From contig JBHGNT010000005.1 of NCBI GenBank assembly GCA_043228905.1, positions 12,586,001-12,650,000 of the forward strand: a stretch of DNA of 64,000 nucleotides, read 5' to 3'. The notes beneath the pieces were generated by a model. It made no database searches. It was not told the origin of the DNA and worked only from the letters and a program-made list of their open reading frames with translations. Positions 35,665 to 49,139 of the stretch are shown here, one piece after another. A program made the translations under genes and the position numbers. This DNA is from Azolla caroliniana (lineage: Eukaryota > Plantae > Polypodiophyta). Positions within the stretch are counted from its first letter, which is position 1. Every line of letters starts with the position of its first letter.

Positions 35665-37960
35665 TGTTGAGATACAAGCTCAACATTGGCCAGATCAGCG
35701 GTGCAACCCGAGAACCGGATCAGTTGGGATCGATCAGTTAGGCTGGACCGGTGCGTAGACCGGGTGCGTAGACCGGTGCTCAACGAGAAGTCGTAGCAGT
35801 GCGTAAACCGCGAGGCCGTTCGAAAGATATTCCGAGTAGGAATCTATTTTGGGAGTTAGTGTAGAGCTCACTTATGAGCATTGAGGTGCGTGTCAGTACT
35901 TCTGTCAGTCCGTATGGACTTGTATAAAAGTGCTCACTGAGCACATCCTATGTATAGATTGAGTATTATTTTGAATTGAATTTTTGTGTGTCTTCTCTCT
36001 CTCTTTCTGTCTCTCCCACATATTGTGTATATTCAAGCTCTCCATTAAACCTGCGTTTCTGTGTTTGGTTTTCTATTGCTTCTGCACGCTATTCTTTTTA
36101 CATGGTATTAGAGCGCGAGGGTTGAGAACCTCTACAGCCGACATAACTTGAAACGAAAACCAACCAAGAAGAATAGGTAAAACCGATGGATAGAGGCATG
36201 GCTAGCTCGCTTCCAATGGAGAAGCTCAACAGAAACAACTACGCGTCTTGGTCCTAAAAGATGCACTAGTACCTGCTCGGGCAAGGTTACTAGAGCTATG
36301 TTGACGGAGGAAATGACACAACACCCGAATCGACACACAGAGATTTCCTGGCGTGGGAACAGTCGGCGAGCAGAGTATTGTACTGCTTCATGTCTTGTGT
36401 GGGTGAATAGCTCCTAAGCTACATTCAGGATGCAAAAATGCCGAAAGATGCTTGGGGAAATCTGAAGAAGATTTTTGCCGCAAGCACTACACCCAGGAAG
36501 CTTCAACTCTGACAGGAGTTGAGCAACCTATGACAACGCGACTTGTCGATGGCTAATTACACCTCGAAGATCAAAGAGATATGCGACTCCTTAGCCTCTA
36601 TCGATGTGAACATCAAGGAAGCCGAGATGGTGCAGACTGTCTCAGGGGACTAACGTTGAAGTTCGAAGCGTTCCGAACTGCTGTGTGTATACGGGAGAAT
36701 ACACCGTTGTTTTTCGACCTATAGTCGATGCTCCTTATAGAGGAGAACCACGCGGGTGCGTCGACGAGCATGCATGCCGACCGCAAAATGCTGTACACGG
36801 AGGGAGATAGGCCCCGTGGTCGTGGCGAACAAGGCGAGTCGGTGCGCAATGGAGGCGGCTGACGGGATCAAGGAAGAAGGCACCGAAGTGATGCTGACAG
36901 CAATTCTGGACCCTCCGGAAATAGGGGGAGTCGATGCGACGAGAACTGACAAGGGAAATCTGCCGCAAAATGCTGGTATTGTGGCAAGAAAGGCCACTAG
37001 GAGAGCGAGTGCTGGAAGAAGCACGCCGATTCGGAGAGGAGCGGATCCGGATCAGATTCTGGACAAACTGACAAGGGTAATCGGCACAAGAGGATACGCC
37101 ACGCCAACTAACAACGGCTTCAGGACCTGCAATCGAAACAGGTGGTGTTTGGATTGCCCAAATTTAGTGGCTGGAAGACACAAATTTGTGAAGCCTGCTA
37201 GCTAGGGAAGCAACACCGACTTCCTTTCGCCAACGAGCATAACCAGAGCCGGAACAAGCTCGACTTGATAAATTCCGATGTATGGGGGCTGGCACAGAAC
37301 ATTAGTCTTGGCGGGAATCGTTATTTCGTCTCCTTCATCGACGACTATACACGGCACACGTGGATCTACCTCATTGAGAAGAAGAGTGAAGTCTTCGACT
37401 GTTTCCGGAACCTCAAGAGTTTCTTCTGAAGGGAAACAGGAAGACAGATCAAGTGCTTGCGGTTGGATGGCGGACAACAATACTTTTCTGGTCAATTCAA
37501 CGGCAATCTGCAATAGATGGGAATTCGGCTCGAATTCAGTTTTAGATACACGCCGGATCAAAACGGCGTGGCTAAGAGGAAGAACCGGTCAATTGTAGAA
37601 GCGGCGTGGGCAATGCTGGAGAAGAAGAGCTTTCCCAAGTTCTATTGGGCCGAAGCGGTACGAACCGCGATCTACATCCAAAACCGGATCGGAGAAAAAG
37701 TGTCGGCGCATGAGCTATACTTCGGAACAAAGCTGAATCTACGACACTTGAGAATTTTCGGCAGCATTGCATCATGTGCCGAAGGAGAAACGGAGGAAGT
37801 TGGACGTGAAAGCCGAGAAGTTTATCTTGGTTGGCTATTCGGACGAGCAAAAGGGCTATAAGTGTTATAACCCTCGCACCAAACAAGCTTGCGTGAGCCG
37901 CGACGTTGTGTTTGACGAGTCCGCGTCCTGGTACTTGCCTCCAACTCCGAACCTCACCTC
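35665..37960 (+). mobile_element. Degenerate copia family C 5' half (LTR 35665-36102, PBS 36103-36114, gag, IN)
   Basis: LTR similar to 31916-32343. Fragments YTPDQNGVAKRKNRSIVE and ILVGYSDEQKGYKCYNP, with many stops. Confidence 0.85.
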
Positions 37961-38903
37961 CAATCCGAGTTCTCAACAAAGAGGTCGCAAATATCCGCGA
38001 GTATGTGTTGAAACGGAATGGGACCACCGCAGTCTCGAACCAAGGAGCAAGTAAAGGAAGAGAGATTATCCAGATCGGTTTCCAGATAGCTTCGTGGTCG
38101 CGTGGTCCGAACACATACCCAATCCGGACCAGTCTCAAGATGTTGGATGATAAGCACATGGGCTTGGATGCGCACACTATTCCAGACTGGTCACCAGATG
38201 CTGGACGATGAGCACACGGGCTTGGAAACACTGACAATGCAAGAGGGGAATGGAAAACAGAAAGAAGTTGTGGCCTCCACACCAAGAGACGAATCAAGCA
38301 CAACAAACAGGTTGGATTAAACAACAAAGGAATACAACCGGACTTGGCCAACAACAGAGCTTCTTGCTCCCAAAAACCACACACATCGACTCTAGTGAAC
38401 CTCTAATCGGGACCACATAGGCTTCCTACACGAAACAGAGGCCTCGCCACCACTCATTGGATACATAGAATAGGAAAATAGAAATCTCCAAAGCTCGGTC
38501 CGACAATACTTCGTTCTCCAAAATTGTGGATACCAAAACTGTTCAAAACCTCCCCTTTTGTAGCACATGGGGAGACAGTTACATCAAGCATAAAGACATC
38601 CATTTTCTATCCTAGATTTCCCTTGATTCTCTCGCATCATATTCTATTATTCCTCTCTTTTTGTCAGACATTAAAGTACCCATCTAAATCATACAGTCTA
38701 GTAGTTATTATATTTCAATATTTAGATATGTTTCTATGTACATTAAGCCTTGTTCATGTGCATCCTTGCACATTCCCATTCGCACGCATCCGGCTCCCTT
38801 TCTGTATGTGCCCAAAATCCCTCACGACAATGTGAGCCCCAAGATCCAATTGTTTTCGGACTATTCAGTTGGAGCCGTCAACACAGTCTGACTCGGCAAT
38901 GGG

Positions 38904-39091
38904 TGTCGAATACAAGTGTATAATGGACGTATTCACACTATCCCTTTGTATAGATCAAGTTTGGGCCATTTGTGTAATTAGCATAAATGGTAGTTGCCCT
39001 AAGTCGGTCACTATATATAGTGACCTTGTAACCTTTTTGTAAGGTTGGTTGTATTATTGTTTCTATGAAATAGAAAGAGTCATTTTTGTGC

Positions 39092-39128
<37 letters not shown>

Positions 39129-42100
39129 ACGATCTTGGTAAACTGTCATACGCAGGTACTCAACTTGAATCGAATGCTACTTGATCTTCCGCATTGACGG
39201 CCTTTGTCTTCAACACCTGGTATCAGAGCGCCTGCACAGTATTCGGTCCTTCAACTCGCTGTCGGCCGTCGTCTCAGCCTGCACAGCATTCGGTTTCCTG
39301 CGTCATTCGAAGAAGAGAGAAGAAGAAGAAAAACGAGGCTTGCATCTCATCGCGTTAGATCATCTTCGCTTGGAGTAAGCCAACCGGTTGTACTCTGTTC
39401 CTTGTGATCGTAACCACTCGAGGTGAAATCCCCTTGTGCAACATTGACACGATCGTGCTCCACTCGGTTAAACGGCATCCGAAGAGGTCATCAAAAGCTG
39501 CTCGCCGCTCATTGTAACCACTCGGTGCAGATCGGTCTCAAGACAACAACCCAAATTCGTGCTTCATCCGGCTGATCGACATTCGGGAGGATCAGTTGGA
39601 TCCGTCTCTCTCGTCGCTGCAGTCACCCGAAGCAGAATCGGTCCAGACAATCGGTTTCAATAATCGGTATTTGGCATATATATTCGGAAGCGAACCGGGC
39701 TCACTCCGACTCGGCAACATTCGGGAAGACCAGTCGGTTCTGTCCCTCAAGTTACCGGAGTCAATTCGAGCAAGTTCAACAATACATATATCCAAAGCCG
39801 AACCGACTCGGGTTCAAATCCGACTAGAACGATATCGGGTGAGCCAACCGGCTGCACTCCAACAAGGTTCGTAGTCAACTCCGAACCGAGCTTCGTCAAC
39901 CGAAACCAAATTTGATGGCATCAACATCCGGCTCGTCAGAAATGAGTCTACGAAAGTTCGATGGATCGAACTTCAACTTCTGGAAGGAGCAAATGCAGGA
40001 CTATCTCATAGTCAAGGGGCAAATCGATCCCATCGAAAATGAAGAACCTCCAGAAGGATACAAACCAATTGAGTGGCAGAAGCTGGACAGAATCGTCCGC
40101 GCCACGATTCGGATGCACCTATCGGAATCGGTATACTTTACGGTGCAATCGTGTACGACAGCATTCGAACTGTGGAAAACACTGTCGGACACTTACGAAA
40201 AGAAGGTCGCCGCAACGAAGATGTTTCTGATCCGGCGCCTCTACAACTTGCGGATGAAAGAATCCGATTCGGTTCAAGCACATCTCAATGAGTACGAAAG
40301 CATAAGCTCCCAAATCTCATCTCAGGGGACGGCAATCGAGGATGAACTCAGAGCGATGATACTCATGAGCAGCCTTCCCTCATCATGGGAAACTTTCGTC
40401 ACAACCGTGTGCAACGCGTCAACCACGGCTGTTAAATACTCCGAAGTCACGAGCGCAATCCTGACCGAAGCAGCTCGGAGAAAGTCTTTCGCCAAAGACT
40501 CAACAGACGACGCTTATGTAGTACAAGGTTCGACAGACCGATCGAACATACGAGGAAGAGATTCCTCACGGCAGCCGAACAATCAGCGAAGACGGAGCCA
40601 GTCACGGGATAATCGAATCTGCAACTATTGCAAGAAACCCGGACATATCAAAGCCGACTGCCGCGCACTCAAGAACAAGAACGACAAGTCTCAGAAATCA
40701 GACAAGAAGAGTGGCCGGCATGAGGAGATCAATTACGTCAGCTTCTCAGCTGATGTGCTACCAAACGACCCGAATATACTATCAATCGAAAATCCAGTCG
40801 GATCAGAAGTTCTGCTGACGACTGAAGAATCGAGCACATGGCTCTTAGATTCGGGCGCGTCATTTCACGTGACTCCTCATCGATCCCAGTTTCGGCAATA
40901 TACGATCCGTCACTCCGACTCAGTTCGAGTCGGCAACTCGCAACACTGTGACATCATTGGAATCGGCACAGTAGAGCTCAACCTTGCAGGTGGCTCTACA
41001 CTTGTACTTCACAATGTCCGACATGTACCCGAGCTCTCAAGGCCATTGATCTCAGTCGGACAACTAGATGAAGACGGCATTCGTGCCGGTTTTTCTTCGG
41101 GAGGGTGGACACTCCACAGGGGGAACCTCCTGCTTGCTAGAGGACCCAAGATACACTCACTGTATCCGTTACATGTTACGCTCAGAGAGGGTAACCTGTT
41201 TTTGGTGGATATTCCTGTGTCATCACTATGGCACAGAAGATTAGGACACCTCAGCAAGGCCGGCATTACGCACCTATCTAGAGCCGGATACATCCCTAAA
41301 CTCTCCTTCTCGGACCATCAATTCTGCAAACATTGCCAGTATGGCAAACAAGCAGCCGCATCACACCCGACATCAGCACCAAGAGAAACGAGACCTCTCG
41401 ATTTAGTCCACTCGGACGTCTGCGGCCCAATGCCGCATCAGTCTCTCGGCGGTGCCTCTTACTTCGTCAGTTTTATTGACGATTCGACTCGAAAGGTGTG
41501 GGCTTATCCAATTCGCACCAAAGATCGTGTCTTCTCGATCTTCTCCGATTGGCTCGCTATGGTAGAAAATCAAACTGACCGAAAACTGAAATGCTTTCGG
41601 ACCGACAATGGGGGAGAGTTCAAATCAGAAGAATTCGTCAAATTCTGCCGACAACGTGGCATCCGACGTGAATTTACGGCACCACACAGTCCGGAGCAAA
41701 ACGGGATTGCCGAACGCATGAATCGGACAATCCAAGAACGGATAGTTTCCATGCTCCAACACTCCGGACTGTCGGATGGCTTCTGGGCAGAGGCTCTACT
41801 CACGGCAGTACACATAATCAATATGTCGCCAAGCAGACCTCTAGGACTTCAAATTCCTCAGGAACTATGGATCGGCAGTAAGCCGAATTACGACAAGCTG
41901 AGGATCTTCGGATGCGAGGCGTACGCCCTTATTCCGAAAGATGATCGCCGAAAACTTGCACCTCGGTCCAAGAAATGCATCTTCCTTGGATATGGATCAG
42001 ACGGCGAAATGGGATACCGACTCTGGGACCCCGAACGCAGACAAATCGTTCGAAGTTCGGACGTTGTGTTCAACGAGTCGGCTATGAATCCATCAATCGA

Positions 42101-44443
42101 AAAACCGATCAAAGTCCGAAGGGTAACATTTTCCGATGTGCCGACCCTTCAAGAAGGCCCCGCTCTTAACACACGGTCAGCTTCACGGGTAGCTGAACCT
42201 TACACCACCGACTCGGACAACTCTGACTCGGCACAGCAGAATAATTCGCTTTCGGACCATCCGACCTCGATACCCGATGCGACCAGTCCAATCATACCCC
42301 GACGATCCGAGAGACTATCGCAACCTCCGGAGAGGTATTCTCCTGGAATTTTTTTTACCGACGCCGGCGAACCGACGTCTTACGAAGAAGCATCGACATC
42401 TGTCGATTCAGCCACCTGGCATCTGGCGATGGAGTCGGAAATGCACTCCATTCGGGCAAACAAGACTTGGGATCTGGTCGAATTACCTAAGAATTGACGT
42501 GCTCTTCCTTGCAAGTGGGTTTATCGACTAAAAGAGATGTCTGATTCGACCACCCCAAAGTACAAGGCCAGATTAGTTGCGAAGGGCTTCCGACAAGAAT
42601 ATGGCGTCGACTTCGACGAGATTTTTTCACCAGTGGTGAAAATGACAACCCTTCGTTTTCTACTCGGCGTAGTGGCAGCCGACAACTTGGAGCTGATTCA
42701 GCTAGATGTCAAAACAGCCTTCCTCCATGGTGATCTTGAAGAGGAAATTTATATGGAGCAGCCAAAAGGCTTCGTGGCAACTGGCCAAGAACATCTAGTC
42801 TGCCGACTCAGGAAGAGTCTATACGGCCTCAAACAGGCACCGCGACAATGGTACAAGAAGTTCGACGACTTCATCCAATCGATCGGCTTCTCCAAAAGCG
42901 ATGAGGACCATTGTCTTTTTACCAACACAGCTCAAGATGGATCACCCATCTTCCTCATCATTTACGTGGACAACATGCTAATTTCTGGACGCCACGCGGG
43001 CGAACTTGCCGATCTCATTCGGCAACTGCGGTTGAAGTTTGCCATGAAGGACCTCGGTCCGGCACGACACATACTCGGCATGAAGATTAGTCGGCATCGC
43101 GATAAACGACATCTTTTTTTGTCTCAGACCGACTATATCGGACGTGTCTTGGAACGCTTCAACATGCAATCAGCCAAATCTGCTTCAACCCCGCTCCCCA
43201 TGAATCTTCGGCTCTCTCAGCGAGACTGCCCGACATCCGGTCCGGAGGGGGAAGATATGAAGTCGGTACCGTATGCACCGGCAGTCGGCTCCCTTATGTA
43301 CCTGATGGTCGCGACACGGCCTGATATCTCTCATGCCGTAGGAGTCGTTAGCAGATTTATGCACAATCCTGGCCGATCGCATTGGAACGCAGTCAAGCAT
43401 GTGTTCAAATATCTGGCTGGCACAAAAGATCACGGCATTCTTTTCGGTCCGAACTCAACCTCAGGCGTAGTCGGTTACACCGACTCGGACTTCGCCGGCT
43501 GTATAGACAGTCGGAAATCAACAACCGGATACTGCTTCAAATTCGGCAATGGAGCAATTTCGTGGAAGTCGAAACTTCAGGAGTGCACAGCGACCTCAAC
43601 GACCGAAGCAGAATATGTAGCTGCGTCCGACGCTGCAAAAGAAGCTTTGTGGCTCGGCCGGCTGGCGCACACGTTTCGGCAAGTCGACCATGACTCGGCT
43701 CCAGTTGTCTATAGCGACAGTCAAGGTGCTGTTGCCTTGTCGAGAAATCCGGTTCACCACAACGCCTCCAAACATATCGACGTTCGATATCACTTCGTTC
43801 GGGACTGCGTCATTTCAGGGAAAATCGGTCTAGAGAAAATATCCACAACCGACAATGTCGCAGATGGAATGACCAAGTGTCTTTCGGCAGACCGCTTTCG
43901 GTCCCTTCGGCATCAGATGGGCGTAACGACAAACCAGTCCGGTTAGATCCGGACACAGCGCAGGATGGTTTCAGACAACCGACATCAGTTCCCTAATGAT
44001 CGGCTTCAACTCTTCCGACCCGACCAGTCCGGTCTTCTGCCTTCGGACCCTGCCGACTCGAACAAAACTGATATGTCCGAGAACCTAGGTTTATACCTGT
44101 AATCTTAGATAACCCATGTATACGCCCATTACGGGGGAGTGTCGAATACAAGTGTATAATGGACGTATTCACACTATCCCTTTGTATAGATCAAGTTTGG
44201 GCCATTTGTGTAATTAGCATAAATGGTAGTTGCCCTAAGTCGGTCACTATATATAGTGACCTTGTAACCTTTTTGTAAGGTTGGTTGTATTATTGTTTCT
44301 ATGAAATAGAAAGAGTCATTTTTGTGCCTCCTCTCTCTCTCTCTCTCTCTCTGTGCACGATCTTGGTAAACTGTCATACGTAGGTACTCAACTTGAATCG
44401 AATGCTACTTGATCTTCCGCATTGACGGCCTTTGTCTTCAACA
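38904..44443 (+). mobile_element. Full-length Ty1/copia family A element: LTRs 38904-39215 and 44140-44443
   Basis: TSD ATGGG, PBS 39218-39229 and PPT ACGGGGGAG. The LTRs differ by one SNP seen plus (CT)n length. Confidence 0.97.
39915..43946 (+). pseudogene. Copia gag-pol with one premature TGA (42495-42497) and RT YVDD changed to YVDN
   Basis: ORFs 39912-42497 and 42537-43946 share a frame and all domains are present. Confidence 0.93.
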
Positions 44444-44448
44444 ATGGG

Positions 44449-46175
44449 AAGGAGTGCGTAATCACAGGGATCGGAGAGGTCCCCATTCAATTATCGATCA
44501 GCAATTCAATCACCCTACACCGAGTCTGGCACGTACCCGAGCTACAAAGGAGTTTGGTCTCCATCGGCATGCTAGCTTAAGTCAGGTACAGAACAACTCT
44601 CAGTGAGTCTTCATGTACAACCGAGGAAATATGAAAATCGGGAGCGGATGCAAGTACAACAACCTTTATCCATTAATGGCGACCAATCCATAAGGCACAA
44701 TGAACGTAGTCTAATCACTAGATTCGAACTAATGGCTAATTCCGATTAGTTACATCCCGAGACTCCAATCGAAGACAGACTTCTGCGAGCATTGTCATTG
44801 CACACGTGGATCTTTCCGATGATGAAGAAAAGCGAAGTGCACTCCCACTACCAAAATCTCAAGGGGCAAGTTCAAAAAGAAACCGGTCGGCACATTCGAT
44901 GCTTACGATTGGATGGAGGCAAGGAGTACTTCTCTGACGAATTCATCTCCTACCTCCAAGGTGACGGCATTCGAAGAGAATTCTCGTGCCGACACACACC
45001 CCAACAAAATGGAGTCTCCGAAAGGAAGAATCAGCCACATACTCGAGGTAGCACGCGCCATGATGCATGAGAAGCACATGCCAAACTTCTATTGGGCTGA
45101 AGTGGCATCCATGGCAGTCTATCTCATGAATCGATGCACCACCAATGGATTGCATGAGCTAACTCCATACGAGCTCCTTGTAGGAAGGAAGCTAATCCTG
45201 TCGCACCTCAAGGTGTTCGGAAGCATTGCGAATGTACGCATGCCGAATGAAAACTGACAGAAGCCCGACGGGAAGTCGAAGACATGTATCGCCGTAGGAT
45301 ACTCGTCCTAGAAGAAGGCATACAAGTGCTTTAACCCCTCGACCTGAGCGGTTCGGCTAAGTCAAGACTTAATCGTCGACGAATCGGCATCTTGGTATAA
45401 GCCCATTCGGCTCCACCCGACCCAACCGAGGAAGAGTTGAACATCGACTTGGAGGATGATATTCAAACAAATCCTCTACCCAAGGACAACCCAAGCCCAC
45501 CCGAGCGTTCATGTCTTCCAAGCACGTCGCGGCCAAGTACGACTTTGGACAAAGGCAAAGGTAAGATGCCCGAATACGAAGTCGATCACCCCGAAGATAG
45601 TGATTCGAATGTGTCGGCTCACTCACTCGACAATGCGTTTGGTGTACCCATCATGTGGACACCCGGAGTAAATAAGGCGCTCACATCGGCGAGCAAAAAA
45701 CTTCAACGTTTTTCTAGAGAGAAGAATCTCGTCACTCAGCTCGGCTACAACAAAGTACATGGCCCATCATTATGCCTTCGCGATGAAGGTAGTGGTCGAA
45801 CAAGAACTCGAGAGCACTACAAAAGTGGCTTGTGACCCATGATGGGTGAAAGCAGACGATCCAAGCCTTCGTCACATGCTTGAGGAGGAACCGAAATTGC
45901 CACGAAAATATCGACGCCAAAAGCAGCACAGAAGTCGACATCGAAAGTCAGACAACGCCAAAAGCAGAACTGAATGTTGGACGCCTCACGCTTGAGCTTG
46001 AGGGGGCGTGTTGAGAGATCAACCTCAACTTAGTTTAGTTAGTTAGTCAACCATGTAACTTCGTAGTTACCTAGATAGAATCTAGTTAGAAGTATTGACT
46101 ATAACGCCTTAAATAGGACCTTGTACTTAAGTGGGACATTCTAGATCCTCCACTCCCAAGTACATTTAATATAGG
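44449..46175 (+). mobile_element. Deleted copia family C-like remnant (IN relics, PPT, LTR start 46009)
   Basis: RLDGGKEYFSDEF and HTPQQNGVSERKN. TTGAGGGGGCG precedes TGTTGAG. Confidence 0.75.
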
Positions 46176-49139
46176 AATTCTTGGGAAACATGTCCCTCCA
46201 AATGGGAAAAGAAGGCCGAAACCGAAACCGAAACCGAAATAGTAATCGGAAACCGAAATCGTTTCGGAAGACTATAATTGTAAATAGTCTAAAATGCCTT
46301 GTGGGTTATACTTGTAGATAGCTCGAAAGTTGTTTTTGTTTATAAGAAACTAGGGCAAACTTTAGTATGTGAGGTAGTTGATCATTATTGAAAAAGTTAG
46401 AACGAGGTAGTTGCCTCTGTAACCATTAGCGAGAGAGTGAGAGTGTAAATCTGTAGCCATCTGTCAGACGAAGGAGAACTCGACGTCGTTGCCTCCGAGT
46501 TCCATATTTGTACTTCCCCTCTACTATAGTGATCTGTTTTCTTGGGGTTTGTGGACCCCCGTGGTTTTTCCCATTTCGGGTTTTCCACGTAAAATATCGG
46601 TGTCTCTGTGTTTGCACGTTTTTCTGTTTGTGTACTACTTCTTGTGCTCATCAACACGGTTCTTCTCACTTCCCATCCGGAGGGACCTGTTTCCTAACAT
46701 TTTATAGACATGAGTCTGTACAACAACTTCAGCGAAGAAATAGAAGCAGACGTCCAATGGAAGAAGATCGGCGTCATGTTCGAAAACAAGAAAGTCATGA
46801 ACCGAGTCTCAGTATTTCGAAAAATCGTGAGGCTCCGGTATCAAGATGGCTCCAGTATGGCGAAGCACATCAATGCCTTCCAGGATTGATGAACCAAACT
46901 CTGGCCGATCAGGTATTAGCATTATTGTTGCTAGGATCCCTTCCTGACATCTAGGAGATGATCGTTGACACGTTGGGCAATGCCAGACTAGAAGGGAAGT
47001 ATCTACCCCTAGAGCAGGTGAAGTCGAGCTTGCTGGATGAAGAAGCTCGTCGGAAGGATTGTGACTCCAATACTGACCAGAAGGCCTTAGTCACGGAAGG
47101 TGACACGATTTAGGGAAGAGGCCGAAATCGAAGTCCCCAGAACCAAGATAAGTCGGGGACTAGGTCGAAGTCGAGGGGGAGACCCACGTGCTTCTATTGT
47201 GGGAAGTCGGGACAGTTCCAGAAAAACTGTCGACACTTTTGAAAGGAGAAAGGGGGATCTGATGGTGTAGAGCCGAAGAAAATCCCGGACAGAAAGAACA
47301 CCTCAGCAATCGATGTGAGTGAGGAGGAGTTGTTGCTCATCAATGAGCAAAACGAAGTGAATCTCGCCGGCGAAGAATCGACATGGGTGGTCGATTCGGG
47401 TGCATCATTCCACCTAACCCTTGACCGAAAGTGCTCCTCATCGTACAGAGCCGGAGATCTCGGATCCATAAAGATGGGACATGAAGGAGCATGCCGAATC
47501 ATCGGCATTGGAGATGTGTGTTTGGAAACCTCAACTGGGTGCAAACTCATGTTGACAGATGTACGACACGTTCCGGAGGTTCGATTGAACCTAATATCAA
47601 TTGGTCGGCTAGATGATGAAGGCTACACGGGTAGCATCCGAAACGGTGTCATGAAGTTTTGGTGAGGAATCTTGATCGTGGCTCAACCCCGGAAAACCAA
47701 CACACTGTACATAATGAATGCTCGAATATGCCGAGGGGAAGCAAAAGTGGCAATCGGCACAGTCAGTGAACTATGGCACAGGAGGTTGTGCCATATAAGC
47801 CAGACAAGGATGTGAAAGCTTGCCGAGGACAAACTCGTTCCTGAGGTGAAGAAAATGCAACTTGAGAAGTGCACAGATTGCTTGGCCGGTAAGTAGAACC
47901 GAACATCCTTCCAAACGAGGCCCCCGATGAGGAAGAAAATGTCGTTGGAACTCGTGCATACAAACGTATGCTATGTGGACACGAAGTCGCATGGTGGTTC
48001 GCAATATTTCGTGACCTTCATTGATGACTATAACTGGAAGTTGTGGGCTTCTGTGCTGAAGACGAAGGATCAAATGTTATCCGTCTTCAAAGAGTTCCAA
48101 GTGAGGGCCGAGAGAGAAACCGGCCGAAAACTGAAGGCAGTCCGAGCGGATAATGGTGGAGAGTATCATGAACCGTTCGTGGAATACTACCGAAATCAAG
48201 GAATCCGGCTCGAGTATACCATGCCGAAGACTCCAGAGCTTAATGGGCTGGCCGAGAGAAGGAATTGGACAGTTGTCGTGATGTTTCTAACACATAGTCT
48301 AAAACCACCCTCCAAAAGAAGTAAAATAGTAGTTCAAATAAACTAGTATTGTGAAGTCAACTTTACTGGTAGCAAAAATACTTTTTCATTTGCCAAAGAT
48401 AATTCCTTATAAATAAAAGGTCAAAGGATTGAACCTTACTATAAATAATGATGAATAAAAGGTCAAAGGCATTCAAACTTACGTGTCGTAAATGTTATCG
48501 TCATTTGTGCTTATTTGTTTGTGTGTCTTGTGACAAGGGAACGTTTTGGGTTTGCCCATGCACCTCTCCTTTCACAAACCCATTCAAACTTACGTGTCTT
48601 ATATGTTATTGTCATTTGTGCTTATTTGTTTGTATGTCTTGTGACAAGGGAGCGTTTCGGGCTTGCGCATGCACCTCTCCTTTCACAAAGGCATTCAAAC
48701 TTTTGTGTCTTGCGTGTTAGTGTAAATCTTTCTTTTGTGTTCGTGCGACTTGTGGCAAGGCAGTGTTCTGGCTTGCCCATGCACCTCTCCTTTCACAAAG
48801 GCGTAAGAAATTGTATATCCCATGTGTAAACCTTGCTTCTGTGTTCACGTGTCTTGTAACAAGGGAGCATTCGGGCTTGCCCATGCACCTCTCTTTTCAC
48901 AAATGCATTTAGAACTTTGTCTCTCGTGTGTGTAAGCAAGCCTTTTCCTTGTGTGTCTGTGTGTAAGCCTTCCTCACATGCATTCGTTCGCCTTGTGACT
49001 AGGGGTTGATTCGGTCTTGCTCATGCACCTCTCCTTTTCACAAACATGTTCGAATACTCGTGCCTTGTTTGTGTAAGCCTTCCTTGTGTGTTTGTGTGTA
49101 AGCCTTCCTCGCATGCATTCGTTCTCCTTGTGACTAGGG

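Noticed and set aside
37960-38900. Short ORFs between copia remnants
   Set aside because: No recognisable motifs or splice structure, so left unassigned.
42495-42497. Programmed stop-codon readthrough
   Set aside because: The stop lies inside the conserved RT start (ELPKN*RAL), where a basic residue is expected, so CGA>TGA mutation is simpler.
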